Source of the DNA: a virus
Lineage: Duplodnaviria; Caudoviricetes
DNA length: 62,919 nucleotides
Direction: 5' to 3' (one strand)
Virus record (IMG/VR): IMGVR_UViG_2162886008_000001
Location: 1-62,919 of that record
Shown here: one piece after another, positions 8,660 to 18,965 of the stretch
Position numbering within the stretch: position 1 is the first letter of the stretch
Layout of the letters: each line of letters begins with the position of its first letter
The notes under the pieces: model-generated
Told to the model about the DNA's origin: nothing
Database searches by the model: none
The model's input: the letters and a program-made list of their open reading frames with translations, nothing else
Position numbers and translations under genes: made by a program

Positions 8660-8977
8660 AAAAGTGATGAAACCCTTGATATACAAGGTTTTTTTAGTAT
8701 GTCGGGATAATCACTATAAGGGATATAAATAAACATATTATTATTTTATTATTGTTTATCTTAACTCGTTTTATGATGATTCTACACGATTCATCTTGCA
8801 ACAGAGTATATATTCTCCATTGAAAACACGAATACCCTTGAATGGGCAAGCCGTTGCTCTCCGGCAATAGAGAGCGATTCACTATAAGAAGAATACATGT
8901 TCTGATAAATTGCTTAAATGTCATTCGAAGTGAGTTGTTTGGTTTATGAAGCTTTTTATATATAAAGGGAGAATTGT

Positions 8978-9285
8978 ATGAACGATTACTCGAGTAATAA
9001 AACACGAGAGAAGAATCAAATAACAGAAGAAAAGAGATGTGCAGCTTTTTTAGCTGGAGGCTCTCTTAATGCTCCATCCATGATGTTGGGATCTATGACG
9101 ATACCGACAACTGGCTTATCGAAAATATTATTGATGCTTTAGTTTACGAATACGACTATGGGTATATTGATGCTGTAAAACTGCTAATAACTAGTAACAT
9201 CATAGACTTGTTGAAACTAATGCCCGAACAGGTACATCGCGATAGCCCTGAAAAATGGGCTGGATTACTCAGTGGGGTTGAATAA
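8978..9285 (+). pseudogene. Probably frameshifted small phage gene
   Basis: GGGAG RBS + ATG frame stops early; an overlapping frame continues HDVGIYDDTDNWLIENIIDALVYEYDY...SPEKWAGLLSGVE*. Confidence 0.4.
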
Positions 9286-9346
9286 TGAGAAACTTAAGCA
9301 CTTGATAGAATACTAATGAATTAATATGTAGTGAAAGGTTATATAC

Positions 9347-9502
9347 ATGAAAAATTCACAACAAATTTTAAAAGAATACTTGTCCTATGATACAGCTGAC
9401 TATTGGGATGAAGCCCTAGATATTTTAATAAATGAAAAGACTAATATTAAGATTACGAAAACCAAAAAAAGAAGTACAAAGACAAATGCAGACGAATGTT
9501 GA
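9347..9502 (+). CDS. 51-aa hypothetical protein
   Basis: MKNSQQILKEYLSYDTADYWDEALDILINE...; GAAAGG RBS. Confidence 0.45.
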   Translation: MKNSQQILKEYLSYDTADYWDEALDILINEKTNIKITKTKKRSTKTNADEC

Positions 9503-9595
9503 ATTTATGGTAGGCTACAATGCACTTCTAGATGTTTTCGCTAACCGATATGCGAACTATAAAAGGTCGGTACTCAAATTTAATTAAAGAGGACT

Positions 9596-10258
9596 ATGCC
9601 TATGCCGCTGCCTAAAGAGAATCTTTTATTTGGATATGCTTCAAAATTAACTGACGAACAAAGGATTTATGTCGATTCTATGTTTGATAATATGGTGACT
9701 GCTGTTAATGCATGTGCCGGCAGCGGAAAAACAACGCTTGCTGTAGCAGTTGCAAAAGTATTGAAGATGGATTTAATTTATATCTTTACACCTGTAGAAG
9801 AAGATGTACTTGGTTATACTCCTGGTGAAATCTTTGAAAAGGAAGCAAAGTATACAGTACCGCTTAAGGATGCGTTATTGGAAATAGACGAAGATCCAGC
9901 TCGTGTGATTGTTTCTGAAGAAAATTTTCAAAATGTTAAGAATGGTATTGCATGGGTTACTCCTATGTCTCATGTTTTTGCTCGTGGAACCAATATCAAA
10001 GGACATAAATTTGTAATCATTGATGAAGCTCAGAACTTTACACGGAGCGAATTAAAGAAGGTATTAACACGCATACACGATGACTGTAAGGTTGTAATTA
10101 TAGGTCATGACAAGCAATGCGATCTGGATAACCCATTAAAAAGCGGGTTTGTCCCTTATATTAATTTCCTTCAAGAAGAAGATTATGTACAAATTTGCGA
10201 ACTAACCCATAATTTCCGAGGACGATTGGCAACGAAAGCAGATCAAATGAGTTGGTAA
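9596..10258 (+). CDS. phoH: PhoH-family ATPase
   Basis: AGSGKT Walker A, LGYTPG, RG.NI, IIDEAQN, KKVLTR, GHDKQCD. Confidence 0.92.
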   Translation: MPMPLPKENLLFGYASKLTDEQRIYVDSMFDNMVTAVNACAGSGKTTLAVAVAKVLKMDLIYIFTPVEEDVLGYTPGEIFEKEAKYTVPLKDALLEIDEDPARVIVSEENFQNVKNGIAWVTPMSHVFARGTNIKGHKFVIIDEAQNFTRSELKKVLTRIHDDCKVVIIGHDKQCDLDNPLKSGFVPYINFLQEEDYVQICELTHNFRGRLATKADQMSW

Positions 10259-10289
10259 ATATATTATATTCAAGGGAGTAACAATACAT

Positions 10290-10484
10290 ATGGCAAAAAA
10301 TAAAGACAGCAAGTCAGTCAATCGGACTGGCTTATTTAACATGGATGAAATGACTATTACATACGAAGACAAAAGTGGATTTCAAGTATTCGATTTAAAG
10401 GCACTCCTTCAAGATTTCGATGGCAACAATATCTCTGTAACTGTTGCATCTGATTTTAAGCCTAGTTATCAGATTGAAGACTAA
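10290..10484 (+). CDS. yonK: YonK-family protein
   Basis: G.F.MD.M.IT...K......DLK..L..FDG.NIS.TV resembles SPbeta YonK as I recall it; same position before the phosphoesterase. Confidence 0.75.
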   Translation: MAKNKDSKSVNRTGLFNMDEMTITYEDKSGFQVFDLKALLQDFDGNNISVTVASDFKPSYQIED

Positions 10485-10499
10485 GGGGTGATTGATTGA

Positions 10500-11723
10500 A
10501 TGAATCATTCCAATATAGAATTACAACGCAAATCGTCAGAAAATATTGACGATTTTTTAATTCGCGTCGGAGAGAATCTTGAATTATATAACCTTACTTG
10601 GCCTGAAGCAGCAGACATTCTAAACGAAGAAGCCGAAGAAGAATATTCCGAGTCTAGATGGCGCAAACGGTATAAAACATATGTCGAGTTCAAGCCTATC
10701 ATTCTTGCTAAGTATGCAAACAATGAAGTTATTCAAGAGATTCAAGATTCTACTTTAGATCAGAAGAAAGAGCGCTACAAACTCCAAGCTGAAAAAGTTG
10801 AATACAATAAACTCCTCCGCGAACATGCCAGAGCAGATTTGCTTGAAGAGAAAATTATTGAAGCCGTTGAGAAACGTCCAACAATAATAGTTCCGCAAAT
10901 ACATATTAAAAAGAACAACACTAAACGCGACTTCCTCTTGGGACTGGCTGATATACATGACGGCGTAGAATTTTGTTTACGTGGTTGGGAAAATGAAGTT
11001 CTTAATGAGTACTCTCCTAAAATTATGGAAAAACGCATGTGGAAGTTGCTCGAAGAGTTTGTATCTATCAACGACGAGACGAAGATTAACCATGTAACTC
11101 TTCCAAATCTTGGTGACAGCGTAGATGGAATTCTGCGCATGAGTCAACTCATGGGATTGAAACTTGGCGTTGTAGACTCCTCTATTCACTTTGCGGAATT
11201 TATGAGTCAATGGCTCAACGAGCTTTCTAAATACTGTGTTGTTGACTACTACTCCATTTTTGGCAATCACGATCAACTTCGTCTTCTCACTGGCAAGCGA
11301 GACGAATTCCCCAATGAAAATGCTCAACGTTGGATCACTAAACTAATAGAGGCTAACTTACGTCAAAATAAAAATGTGTCTATTTATAACTACAATGAGT
11401 TTATGTATATTGATGTGCTTGGAACAAAAGTTCTAGGTGTTCATGGTGAAAATGAGCGTAATCTAGAGCAAAGTATTAAGGATTACTCAATGATTTATGG
11501 TAAACGGGTTGACTTACTTTTGTCCGGACACTATCATCACTCACATGAAAAAACCATTGGCATGTCCAACGGAAAAGATATTGAACATATTCAACTCCCC
11601 TCTGTTATTGGAATCGATGACTACTCCCTTAAGATTAAGAAAACGGCAAATCCTGGAGCTAAGATATTCATCATCGAAGAAGGAAAAGGACGTACAGTTA
11701 CATACAATATCAAATTAGGTTAA
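10500..11723 (+). CDS. Calcineurin-like metallophosphoesterase (YonJ-like)
   Basis: DIH, LGDSVDG, GNHD, HG and GHYH metal-binding motifs. Confidence 0.88.
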   Translation: MNHSNIELQRKSSENIDDFLIRVGENLELYNLTWPEAADILNEEAEEEYSESRWRKRYKTYVEFKPIILAKYANNEVIQEIQDSTLDQKKERYKLQAEKVEYNKLLREHARADLLEEKIIEAVEKRPTIIVPQIHIKKNNTKRDFLLGLADIHDGVEFCLRGWENEVLNEYSPKIMEKRMWKLLEEFVSINDETKINHVTLPNLGDSVDGILRMSQLMGLKLGVVDSSIHFAEFMSQWLNELSKYCVVDYYSIFGNHDQLRLLTGKRDEFPNENAQRWITKLIEANLRQNKNVSIYNYNEFMYIDVLGTKVLGVHGENERNLEQSIKDYSMIYGKRVDLLLSGHYHHSHEKTIGMSNGKDIEHIQLPSVIGIDDYSLKIKKTANPGAKIFIIEEGKGRTVTYNIKLG

Positions 11724-11881
11724 AACGAGGAGAAAATTGAGCGCAATGATATACCTGATGCTCTTTATGATGCTATGATCAACTGTAAAATTGAAATTGC
11801 TGATTGATATTAACTTACAACAAATTTAACGGTAAGCCCACTTTTAGGTGAGCCAATGCCTCATTTCAGGGGGCGTAGAAA

Positions 11882-12232
11882 TTGTCAGAAGAAGAATATT
11901 GGGAATCAAATAAGGAGTATGAATCACAAGAGAATCAAGAACTCCCTTCTACTTTTATGTCTGAAGAAGATATCGCAACTGATACTAATGTGATCATTAT
12001 TCCAAGTCTAAAATTTAACCTAGACTTACAACTTGATAATTACGTAGAAACAATATCTAAAATTAAAACCAAAGACCAACTTAAGTATGCTTTGCTACAG
12101 GTGTGGGAATATGCAATGAATCACGGTGCATTAACTGAACGTATGGATAAATTGCAAATGGATATTGAAATGCTGCAGATGGATATGGGTTTGATTGATT
12201 TTGAAATTGAAATTGTTGATAACGATGAATAA
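11882..12232 (+). CDS. Acidic hypothetical protein
   Basis: 116-aa ORF with AGGGGG RBS, followed by a terminator. Confidence 0.7.
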   Translation: MSEEEYWESNKEYESQENQELPSTFMSEEDIATDTNVIIIPSLKFNLDLQLDNYVETISKIKTKDQLKYALLQVWEYAMNHGALTERMDKLQMDIEMLQMDMGLIDFEIEIVDNDE

Positions 12233-12245
12233 ATAAGAAGATCGA

Positions 12246-12280
12246 GCAGATAACATCTGTGTTACCTGCTTTTTTGTTTT
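12246..12280 (+). terminator. Intrinsic terminator
   Basis: AGCAGATAACA..TGTTACCTGCT stem followed by a T-run. Confidence 0.65.
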
Positions 12281-12374
12281 TATTTAACATGGGGAGACTC
12301 TGCCTTAAGGGTCTTTAAACAGGGCTCTCCCTCCCTACCCCATGTTTTTTATTGGGAGAAAGGGGAGATGAAAA

Positions 12375-13457
12375 TTGGTTAGAATAAGAAATAGTACGAG
12401 AAAAAAGGAAGTACACAAAAAGAAATGTAGTAGCTGTAATAAGCAAAAACCAATCGATACAGGATTTTATATATCTAATAGTACGTTCGACTCTGACGGA
12501 AGAACTGGAGTTTGTAAAGAGTGCTACAAGAGCAAAATTGATTATAATAATTTGCAATCAATAAAAGATATTTTACGAGAACTTAATAGACCATTCATTG
12601 CAGAAGTATGGAATTCTTCTCTTGAAGAAGGACAAAGAAGAAACAGGAAAGATTATTTTGGCATCTATATTAAGAACATCCAAATGAATAAATATAAAGA
12701 TTTGGGATGGAATGATTCAGAAAATCTATCGAAGACAGAAGTAGAGATATTGAGTCTGCAGTCAATTTACGAAGAGAAGCGGAATATTTATTCTGAAGAA
12801 GATGAACAAAATAAAAATGATGTAATTAATATGTTAGGCTATGATCCATTTATTAATGAATCAAATAATGATAAGAAATTTCTTTATAATCGCTTGATTG
12901 ACTATTTAGATGAAAGTACTTTAGAAGATAACTTTAAGCTAAATACGGTTATTGAAATAGTTAAAACATTTGCTCAGATTGAAAAAATAAATAATGCGAT
13001 TGCAGTTTTAAGTCAAGACCCAAAATCAACTGTTGAGAACAATAGTACAATCAAATCACTATCTACCACTAAAAAAGATATGCTTAGCTCTACACTAAAT
13101 CTCGCAAAAGATAATGGCATATCAGCAAATCATAATAATAATAAATCAAAAGGTGGTAATACCCTAAACGGTATTGTTAAAAAGCTTAATGAGATTGGGT
13201 TAGAGTCTGCAACTGTTAACTTATTTGAATTAGAAACATGTGATGCAATGAAGCAAATCGCTGATATAAGTAATCGTAGTATTCTAGATCAATTAATATT
13301 GGATGAAAATGATTATGCAGAAATGTTGAATGAACAGAGAGTAATGATACAGAAATATCAAAGTGAAAACGCAGCTCTCGAAGAAGAAAACAGAATACTA
13401 AAGATTAAATTAAAGGTATTGACTGGAGGTGATGCACCCAATGAATTATACAATTAA
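12375..13457 (+). CDS. YonG-like protein, putative terminase small subunit (N-terminal Zn finger)
   Basis: CSSC...CKEC, C-terminal coiled coil, immediately upstream of terL. Confidence 0.7.
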   Translation: MVRIRNSTRKKEVHKKKCSSCNKQKPIDTGFYISNSTFDSDGRTGVCKECYKSKIDYNNLQSIKDILRELNRPFIAEVWNSSLEEGQRRNRKDYFGIYIKNIQMNKYKDLGWNDSENLSKTEVEILSLQSIYEEKRNIYSEEDEQNKNDVINMLGYDPFINESNNDKKFLYNRLIDYLDESTLEDNFKLNTVIEIVKTFAQIEKINNAIAVLSQDPKSTVENNSTIKSLSTTKKDMLSSTLNLAKDNGISANHNNNKSKGGNTLNGIVKKLNEIGLESATVNLFELETCDAMKQIADISNRSILDQLILDENDYAEMLNEQRVMIQKYQSENAALEEENRILKIKLKVLTGGDAPNELYN

Positions 13458-15325
13458 ACAAACCAAACAACAAATTTCTCAAAGAAAACTTGAAGGATAT
13501 TTGAAATTGGCAAAAATTATTCAATGGGGTCGTTAGCAAATCTCCTGTTAAATTTTGCGAACGCTTTTTTGGAATCGAATTTTTGGATGCTCAGAAATAT
13601 GCATTTATGAATTCGTGGCTTCGTGCTTATAATCTCTGGTGCATAACCCGTAACGGTGGAAAGTCGACGATGAGCGCCCCCTTTATTATGAGTAAGGGTG
13701 TTTTATTCCATGGTCATAATACATACATACTCAGTAATGTATCCGCGCAGAGCCAAGATACATTTATGAAGATTGAAAAAATAGCAAAAAAAGAGATTAA
13801 TAGCTTTACTGGATTAACTGACTTCTTCATGGGTGAGTTAGTCAAATCTGCTGCAAACACAGATGGATTTACTCATGCTCAATCTGGGTTTAACTATAAA
13901 CTATATAACGGTAGTGCTGTAACTAGCTTAAGTGGAGATATTAACAATAACCGTGGTAAACGTTCTTCGCTTAATGTTTACGACGAAAGTGGTTGGACTG
14001 AGGAAGAGTATGTGGTTGCGACCACTCCATTCCTACTCCAAAACTCTACGTTTAGACTAGGTGGAGATGTAGATGTAGATACTTTTCCCAAACAAGTTCC
14101 AAACCAACGACTATTTATTTCGTCGGCATCCAGCACTGACAGCTACTTTTATACACTCTATAAAGACTACTCAAAGCGGATGCTCCTTGGAGATAAGGAT
14201 TATTTTGTTTGTGATATAAATTGTGAAATTATGTTTAATCCTTTCGTTGATGGGAAAATTTATCCGGTTTCTTTGATTGAGCGTAATGAAGTAGATGCCG
14301 AAATGCGTAAGAACAAGGAGAAAGCTCTTAGAGAGTTTTACAATAAATTTTCTGTTGATGGTGGAGATAATCAGGTTTTTAAAAGAGCAACCGTGATACG
14401 CAACTCACACACAAGACTACCCATAATAAACAATACATCAAGCGAAAAGAGAAGATTTGTATTGGCATATGACCCTGCACATCATTATGATAACTCTGTA
14501 TGTATTGTGGGAGAGATCATTGAGGATGAAGAAGTTGGACCAAGAATGGAGATCGTTAATGGAGTGAGCTTTGTTGATATTGGTAAAAAGAAAAAGACAC
14601 CAATGAGAACCCCCGAACAAATGGAAGCCTTAAAAAAAATGATTTTAGCATACAACGGACAACAAAAAGCTGATTATGAGAATATTGAATGTTTAATGAT
14701 TGATTCTGGAGCTGGTGGTCATGGAACTACATACTCTGATTACTTTATGGATGATTGGGTAGATACGAAAGGGAATCATCATAAAGGATTAATCGATAAA
14801 GAGGAAAATAAAGAATATGTATCACGCTTTCCAAATGCAGTCGAGAAATTAAAGTTAATGAGTCCACAAAAATTCAAGCGCGAAATGTATGATGCACTGT
14901 TGGAAATGCTGAACCTAGACTTAATTTCCTTTACTTCTGAATACGATGGAAAAGGATCAATTCTGATTCCAAAAAGCACTGGAAAAGAAGTTGAAGTTGA
15001 AGATGAACAGGGAAAAGTGAAAAAAGAAAATGAAGTAAAATTTGTTGAAGCTAAACTCGATTTTGAACAACAATTAGCCCTTAAGAACATCGATTTAGCG
15101 AAAGAAGAACTTGCTAATATCTATAGACACAAGGGAACAAACGGAAACTATCGCTATGATTTATCAACTGAAAAAGAAGGGAAAATGCATGACGATAGAG
15201 CGTATTGTCTTGCAATGCTTGGATGGTATTTGCAACATGTAAGACGGGAGAGCATCACCAAAAAAAAGAAAGAGACAGTTGATTGGATGAGCGCTCCTAA
15301 ATTTGTTACTTCGATTGACTTCTAG
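13441..15325 (+). pseudogene. terL: Terminase large subunit, interrupted by TAG and a +1 frameshift at 13534
   Basis: GGAGGTGA RBS + ATG 13441 reads to IIQWGR*; +1 frame continues KSPVKFCERFFGIEFLDAQKY into 13583..15325 with RNGGKST, VYDESG, ISSAS, AYDPA and HDDR motifs. Confidence 0.85.
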
Positions 15326-15347
15326 AAGAAAGGAGGAATCTTATATT

Positions 15348-16934
15348 GTGAGAAACAACAAAGAGGACTTCGAAATAACATATATTTCTAAACCTGATAG
15401 AGACACATTAGTTATTACATCTCAAGAGGAAGCTGAGAAATGGCTTGAGAGTGCCACATATAGATTCGGAAATAATTACAATCAATACTCGTCCTATTTA
15501 AATGAATCAAGTATAGGGAAATCTACAATTACATCAGAAGAGTTAGATGTATTAGCTGAAAATGCTCAGAGCAGTCTTGACAAGACTAATCGGATTAATT
15601 CAATAATCAAATATTATATTAATAAAGATGATTTAATTGGAAAAGTATACGAGACAATAGAGAGTAATGTTAATACTGATTATAGATTGTCTTTTCCGGA
15701 TATTGCGAATGATAAAGGCGAAGTTCTCAGTAATCAAGTGAAAAAATTAATCAATAAATTCAACAAAGATATTAATTTAGCTCAATTGCTCAGAAAGGCC
15801 ATCCCAATAGCTTATTCTGAGGGGAATTATCCTATGTACTTAAGAAAAAAAGGGGATAATTACTTTGTTGATTATTATCCATTAGGAGTTGTTGAAGTTA
15901 GCGATTACGAGCTAAGTGGTGAGCCTTATTTAATCGTTAATATCAATGAATTAAGATCGAGGCTAAATAAGACAAATAAAAAGAATAAGAAGGGGAAAAG
16001 TCTTTTCTTTAAAAGTCTAGAGGACGAGCTTAAAAATAACTATCCTGAAGAAATCTATAATGGATTTCTCAATAAAGATAATTATGTAAAGCTCAACATC
16101 GAGAATACAGGAATGGTTAGAGTTAATAATCTGAATAGAAAATACGGTCTTTCACCAATCTTTCGTGCATTAAAAGCTTCATTGATGTTAGACACATTTG
16201 ACCGTGCGGATAGAATAAACGCAAAAGCAAAAGCAAAGAAGATCATATTCCAAAAGCTACATAAAGAATTACTTGGACAGGAGTATGATAAAAACACTTT
16301 TCAAGAGATGGCATATGCTCATGAGTCATTTATGAATGCTTGGAAAAATGAAACAGTTATGTATACTGGTGCAGCCTTTGTTGAGGATATTAAGTATGTT
16401 GAGCCAAAAACAGAAAGCACTAATATCAACAATGTGAACTACTATAGAAATAAGCAAATGACATCGCTTGGTATCGGTTTTTTAAATCAGGATTCAAAGC
16501 AGTCATTTACAGTAGCCAATATATCTATAACTGAATTAATGAAAATCATTAATAAGATTGCTGAACAAATAGAAGATATTCTTGAGAAATGGTATCAATT
16601 AGTTCTAGAACAAAACAATATTTCAATTGAATATGCTCCAACTATTGAATTGATGGATTCAGAGGAACTTGATAAGGAATTAAAATTAAAATTGGCAGAA
16701 CTCCTACATAGTAAATTTAATGCTAGTTATGAAACGGCATTTGGATTACTAGGTGTTGATGTTGAAGATGAGAAGAAGAAGCGACAAAAGGAAAATGATG
16801 AGGGGTACGATGAAATATTTGCTCCAAGAATTACAGCATACACAAATTCCGGATATACAGCGCCAGGCCGTCCTGTTGACAACAACAACCCAGACAAGCA
16901 AATGGAAGATCAGGATAGGAGAAAATCAGAATGA
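15348..16934 (+). CDS. Portal protein (YonE-like)
   Basis: Follows terL; KYGLSPIFRA motif; size; start refined to the GTG after AGGAGG. Confidence 0.8.
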   Translation: MRNNKEDFEITYISKPDRDTLVITSQEEAEKWLESATYRFGNNYNQYSSYLNESSIGKSTITSEELDVLAENAQSSLDKTNRINSIIKYYINKDDLIGKVYETIESNVNTDYRLSFPDIANDKGEVLSNQVKKLINKFNKDINLAQLLRKAIPIAYSEGNYPMYLRKKGDNYFVDYYPLGVVEVSDYELSGEPYLIVNINELRSRLNKTNKKNKKGKSLFFKSLEDELKNNYPEEIYNGFLNKDNYVKLNIENTGMVRVNNLNRKYGLSPIFRALKASLMLDTFDRADRINAKAKAKKIIFQKLHKELLGQEYDKNTFQEMAYAHESFMNAWKNETVMYTGAAFVEDIKYVEPKTESTNINNVNYYRNKQMTSLGIGFLNQDSKQSFTVANISITELMKIINKIAEQIEDILEKWYQLVLEQNNISIEYAPTIELMDSEELDKELKLKLAELLHSKFNASYETAFGLLGVDVEDEKKKRQKENDEGYDEIFAPRITAYTNSGYTAPGRPVDNNNPDKQMEDQDRRKSE

Positions 16935-17068
16935 GTGAGTGTGTAACTACTTGTCCCAGTTGTGGGCAGATAATTCGCCTAGAAACCGTAGATTCTGAGG
17001 GGTCTTCAGAAGAAGAAATCGAGTTAGTTGCTGAATTTCTAAAGCAGTCTAATATTGAGCTTGCTTAA
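16931..17068 (+). CDS. 45-aa CxxC-containing peptide (not in ORF track)
   Basis: MSECVTTCPSCGQIIRLE...; ATGA overlap with the portal stop. Confidence 0.5.
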   Translation: MSECVTTCPSCGQIIRLETVDSEGSSEEEIELVAEFLKQSNIELA

Positions 17069-17100
17069 TTGCACTCCATGAAAGGTGGTGAGTTTTAAAA

Positions 17101-18459
17101 TTGGAGAAATTACAATTAAATAGTCCTGTTTTGGTTTCTGGAATAAATGATGATAAGCCATACATCGAAATGACTACTCGGTTGTGCTGGTTAGATTATG
17201 CTAATTTAAATGGCGTAGGGCTTTCCTCTGGTGCAAAGGTTAGTTTTAAAACGTTAGTCGGTATGCCTGTTGTTGCAAAAATTAATACTAATGGAACTAA
17301 ATTTGGTAGTCATGAGGTTTCAATTGATGACAATAAAGAGATAAGATTCAATACAAGTGCCTATGGTGTACATACCGATGTTTGGGTTGACGAAGATGAG
17401 ATTGAAATTCCAAATAAGGGGTTAATGAATGTCCCTTGTCTTTTCGCAAAAGCAAGAGTATGGAAAAGATTCTCTTCTGTTGTTAACCTGATTGCCAATA
17501 AACTTGAGAGCCCGGATGAATTTAATGGTGGCTTATGGTCAAGTTGGGAACTTCAAGGCGGCGAGTATCATTTTAATGATAATAATGAAAAGATATATGA
17601 CTCTTTTACATTCTTATCTAACTGTCTTATAGATGTACCACCAGCATATTCAACAACATCAAAAACGCTGGCAATCGCTTCTACTGAATTTGAGACAAGT
17701 CTATGCGATGCTTATCTTAATGATTTAAAATATTGCAATATTGATATTGATGATAAAGGGGGCGAAGATGTGCCAAAAGTTAACGAAACTTCCGCTCTTA
17801 CTGTTAGGGACCTCTATGAAAAGATTTGGAGTGCGTTGAACCCCAAAGGTTATTCTAGCAATCCTATATACTCTGTTTTAGAGATTTATCCAGAGGAGCA
17901 TAAAGTAGTGGCGTTCGACATTGAACGCGAATCTAGCGATGATTATTACTCTGCTACTTATTCAGTTCAAGATGAAAATGTAGCTATCAGTGAAATTATT
18001 CAAACTAAACTAAGTAAACTAATTGCTGAGAAATTAAATGAGGACTTGAAAGATCAGATTAGTGAATTAGAAACAGAACTAGATAAAAAATCTAATGATC
18101 TGATTCAAGCAAGTGAGAAGATAATTGCACTCGAAACAACAGTTAATGAACTACAGCCATTCAAACTGCAATTTGAAGAGGCAGAAAAGAAGCGTCTCGA
18201 AATAGAAAAAGCCGAACAAAGGAAAGAGCTTGTAGGCCTTGCTTTGAATAGCGGCTATATTTCTGAAAAGGACTTGGAAACAAGTGAGATAAAAGCAATG
18301 ATTAATAAGATCGATATTCAAGCTATAAAACTACTGATTGCAGATCGTGTAATTAATCAAAAAAATAAAGATAAAAAAACAGAAACAGCAAAAAGAAATC
18401 TCAATGATGACGATATTCGTGATCATAGAGTGATTATGTCAACATTTTTAGGTAAGTAA
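17101..18459 (+). CDS. Prohead protease/scaffold (YonD-like)
   Basis: ANLNG, GSHE, SSWE and PPAY motifs in the N-terminus; coiled-coil C-terminus; between portal and capsid. Confidence 0.7.
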   Translation: MEKLQLNSPVLVSGINDDKPYIEMTTRLCWLDYANLNGVGLSSGAKVSFKTLVGMPVVAKINTNGTKFGSHEVSIDDNKEIRFNTSAYGVHTDVWVDEDEIEIPNKGLMNVPCLFAKARVWKRFSSVVNLIANKLESPDEFNGGLWSSWELQGGEYHFNDNNEKIYDSFTFLSNCLIDVPPAYSTTSKTLAIASTEFETSLCDAYLNDLKYCNIDIDDKGGEDVPKVNETSALTVRDLYEKIWSALNPKGYSSNPIYSVLEIYPEEHKVVAFDIERESSDDYYSATYSVQDENVAISEIIQTKLSKLIAEKLNEDLKDQISELETELDKKSNDLIQASEKIIALETTVNELQPFKLQFEEAEKKRLEIEKAEQRKELVGLALNSGYISEKDLETSEIKAMINKIDIQAIKLLIADRVINQKNKDKKTETAKRNLNDDDIRDHRVIMSTFLGK

Positions 18460-18483
18460 TAATAATATGGAGGAGTTATAAAT

Positions 18484-18936
18484 ATGCTAAGACATCTTCA
18501 AACACACATTGGCAAAAATGCTGATGCTACATTTTTCGCTGCAACACCAACTGTTAGAGGTCGGATTGTTCAAAAAGATTTGACTAATGGAATATTTGTG
18601 CTACCAACTTCACAAGAAGGGCTATACTTTCTGAACCGAGATAATTTTCCGACGGGTCTAATGACTGCTGAAGGTGAAGTATCTGATTATGATACTCGTT
18701 TGGAAATTGTTAAGATTGGAGAGTATGGAGTCCTTGAAAAGCCAGTTTCCGGTGAACGATATGCCACATCTGAGTATGTTACAACCGATTTAGCCATTGG
18801 TGACTACCTCATTGTTGAAGTTGCTGTTGGTGAAAATCAAGGCAAACTGAAAAAGAACGTATCTGCAACACAATTTAAGTATTGCGGTACGAAAGATGAT
18901 AACGGACATACTCTTGCAGTTGTCGAAGTTCTATAA
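18484..18936 (+). CDS. Head decoration/structural protein (YonC-like)
   Basis: 150-aa beta-rich protein directly before the capsid gene; strong RBS. Confidence 0.6.
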   Translation: MLRHLQTHIGKNADATFFAATPTVRGRIVQKDLTNGIFVLPTSQEGLYFLNRDNFPTGLMTAEGEVSDYDTRLEIVKIGEYGVLEKPVSGERYATSEYVTTDLAIGDYLIVEVAVGENQGKLKKNVSATQFKYCGTKDDNGHTLAVVEVL

Positions 18937-18965
18937 TATACCGGATATGGAGGAGTATATATAAT

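Noticed and set aside
13534-13536. Amber stop-codon reassignment or readthrough
   Set aside because: Readthrough would hit TAA five codons later in the same frame; TAG ends other genes normally; no suppressor tRNA is seen
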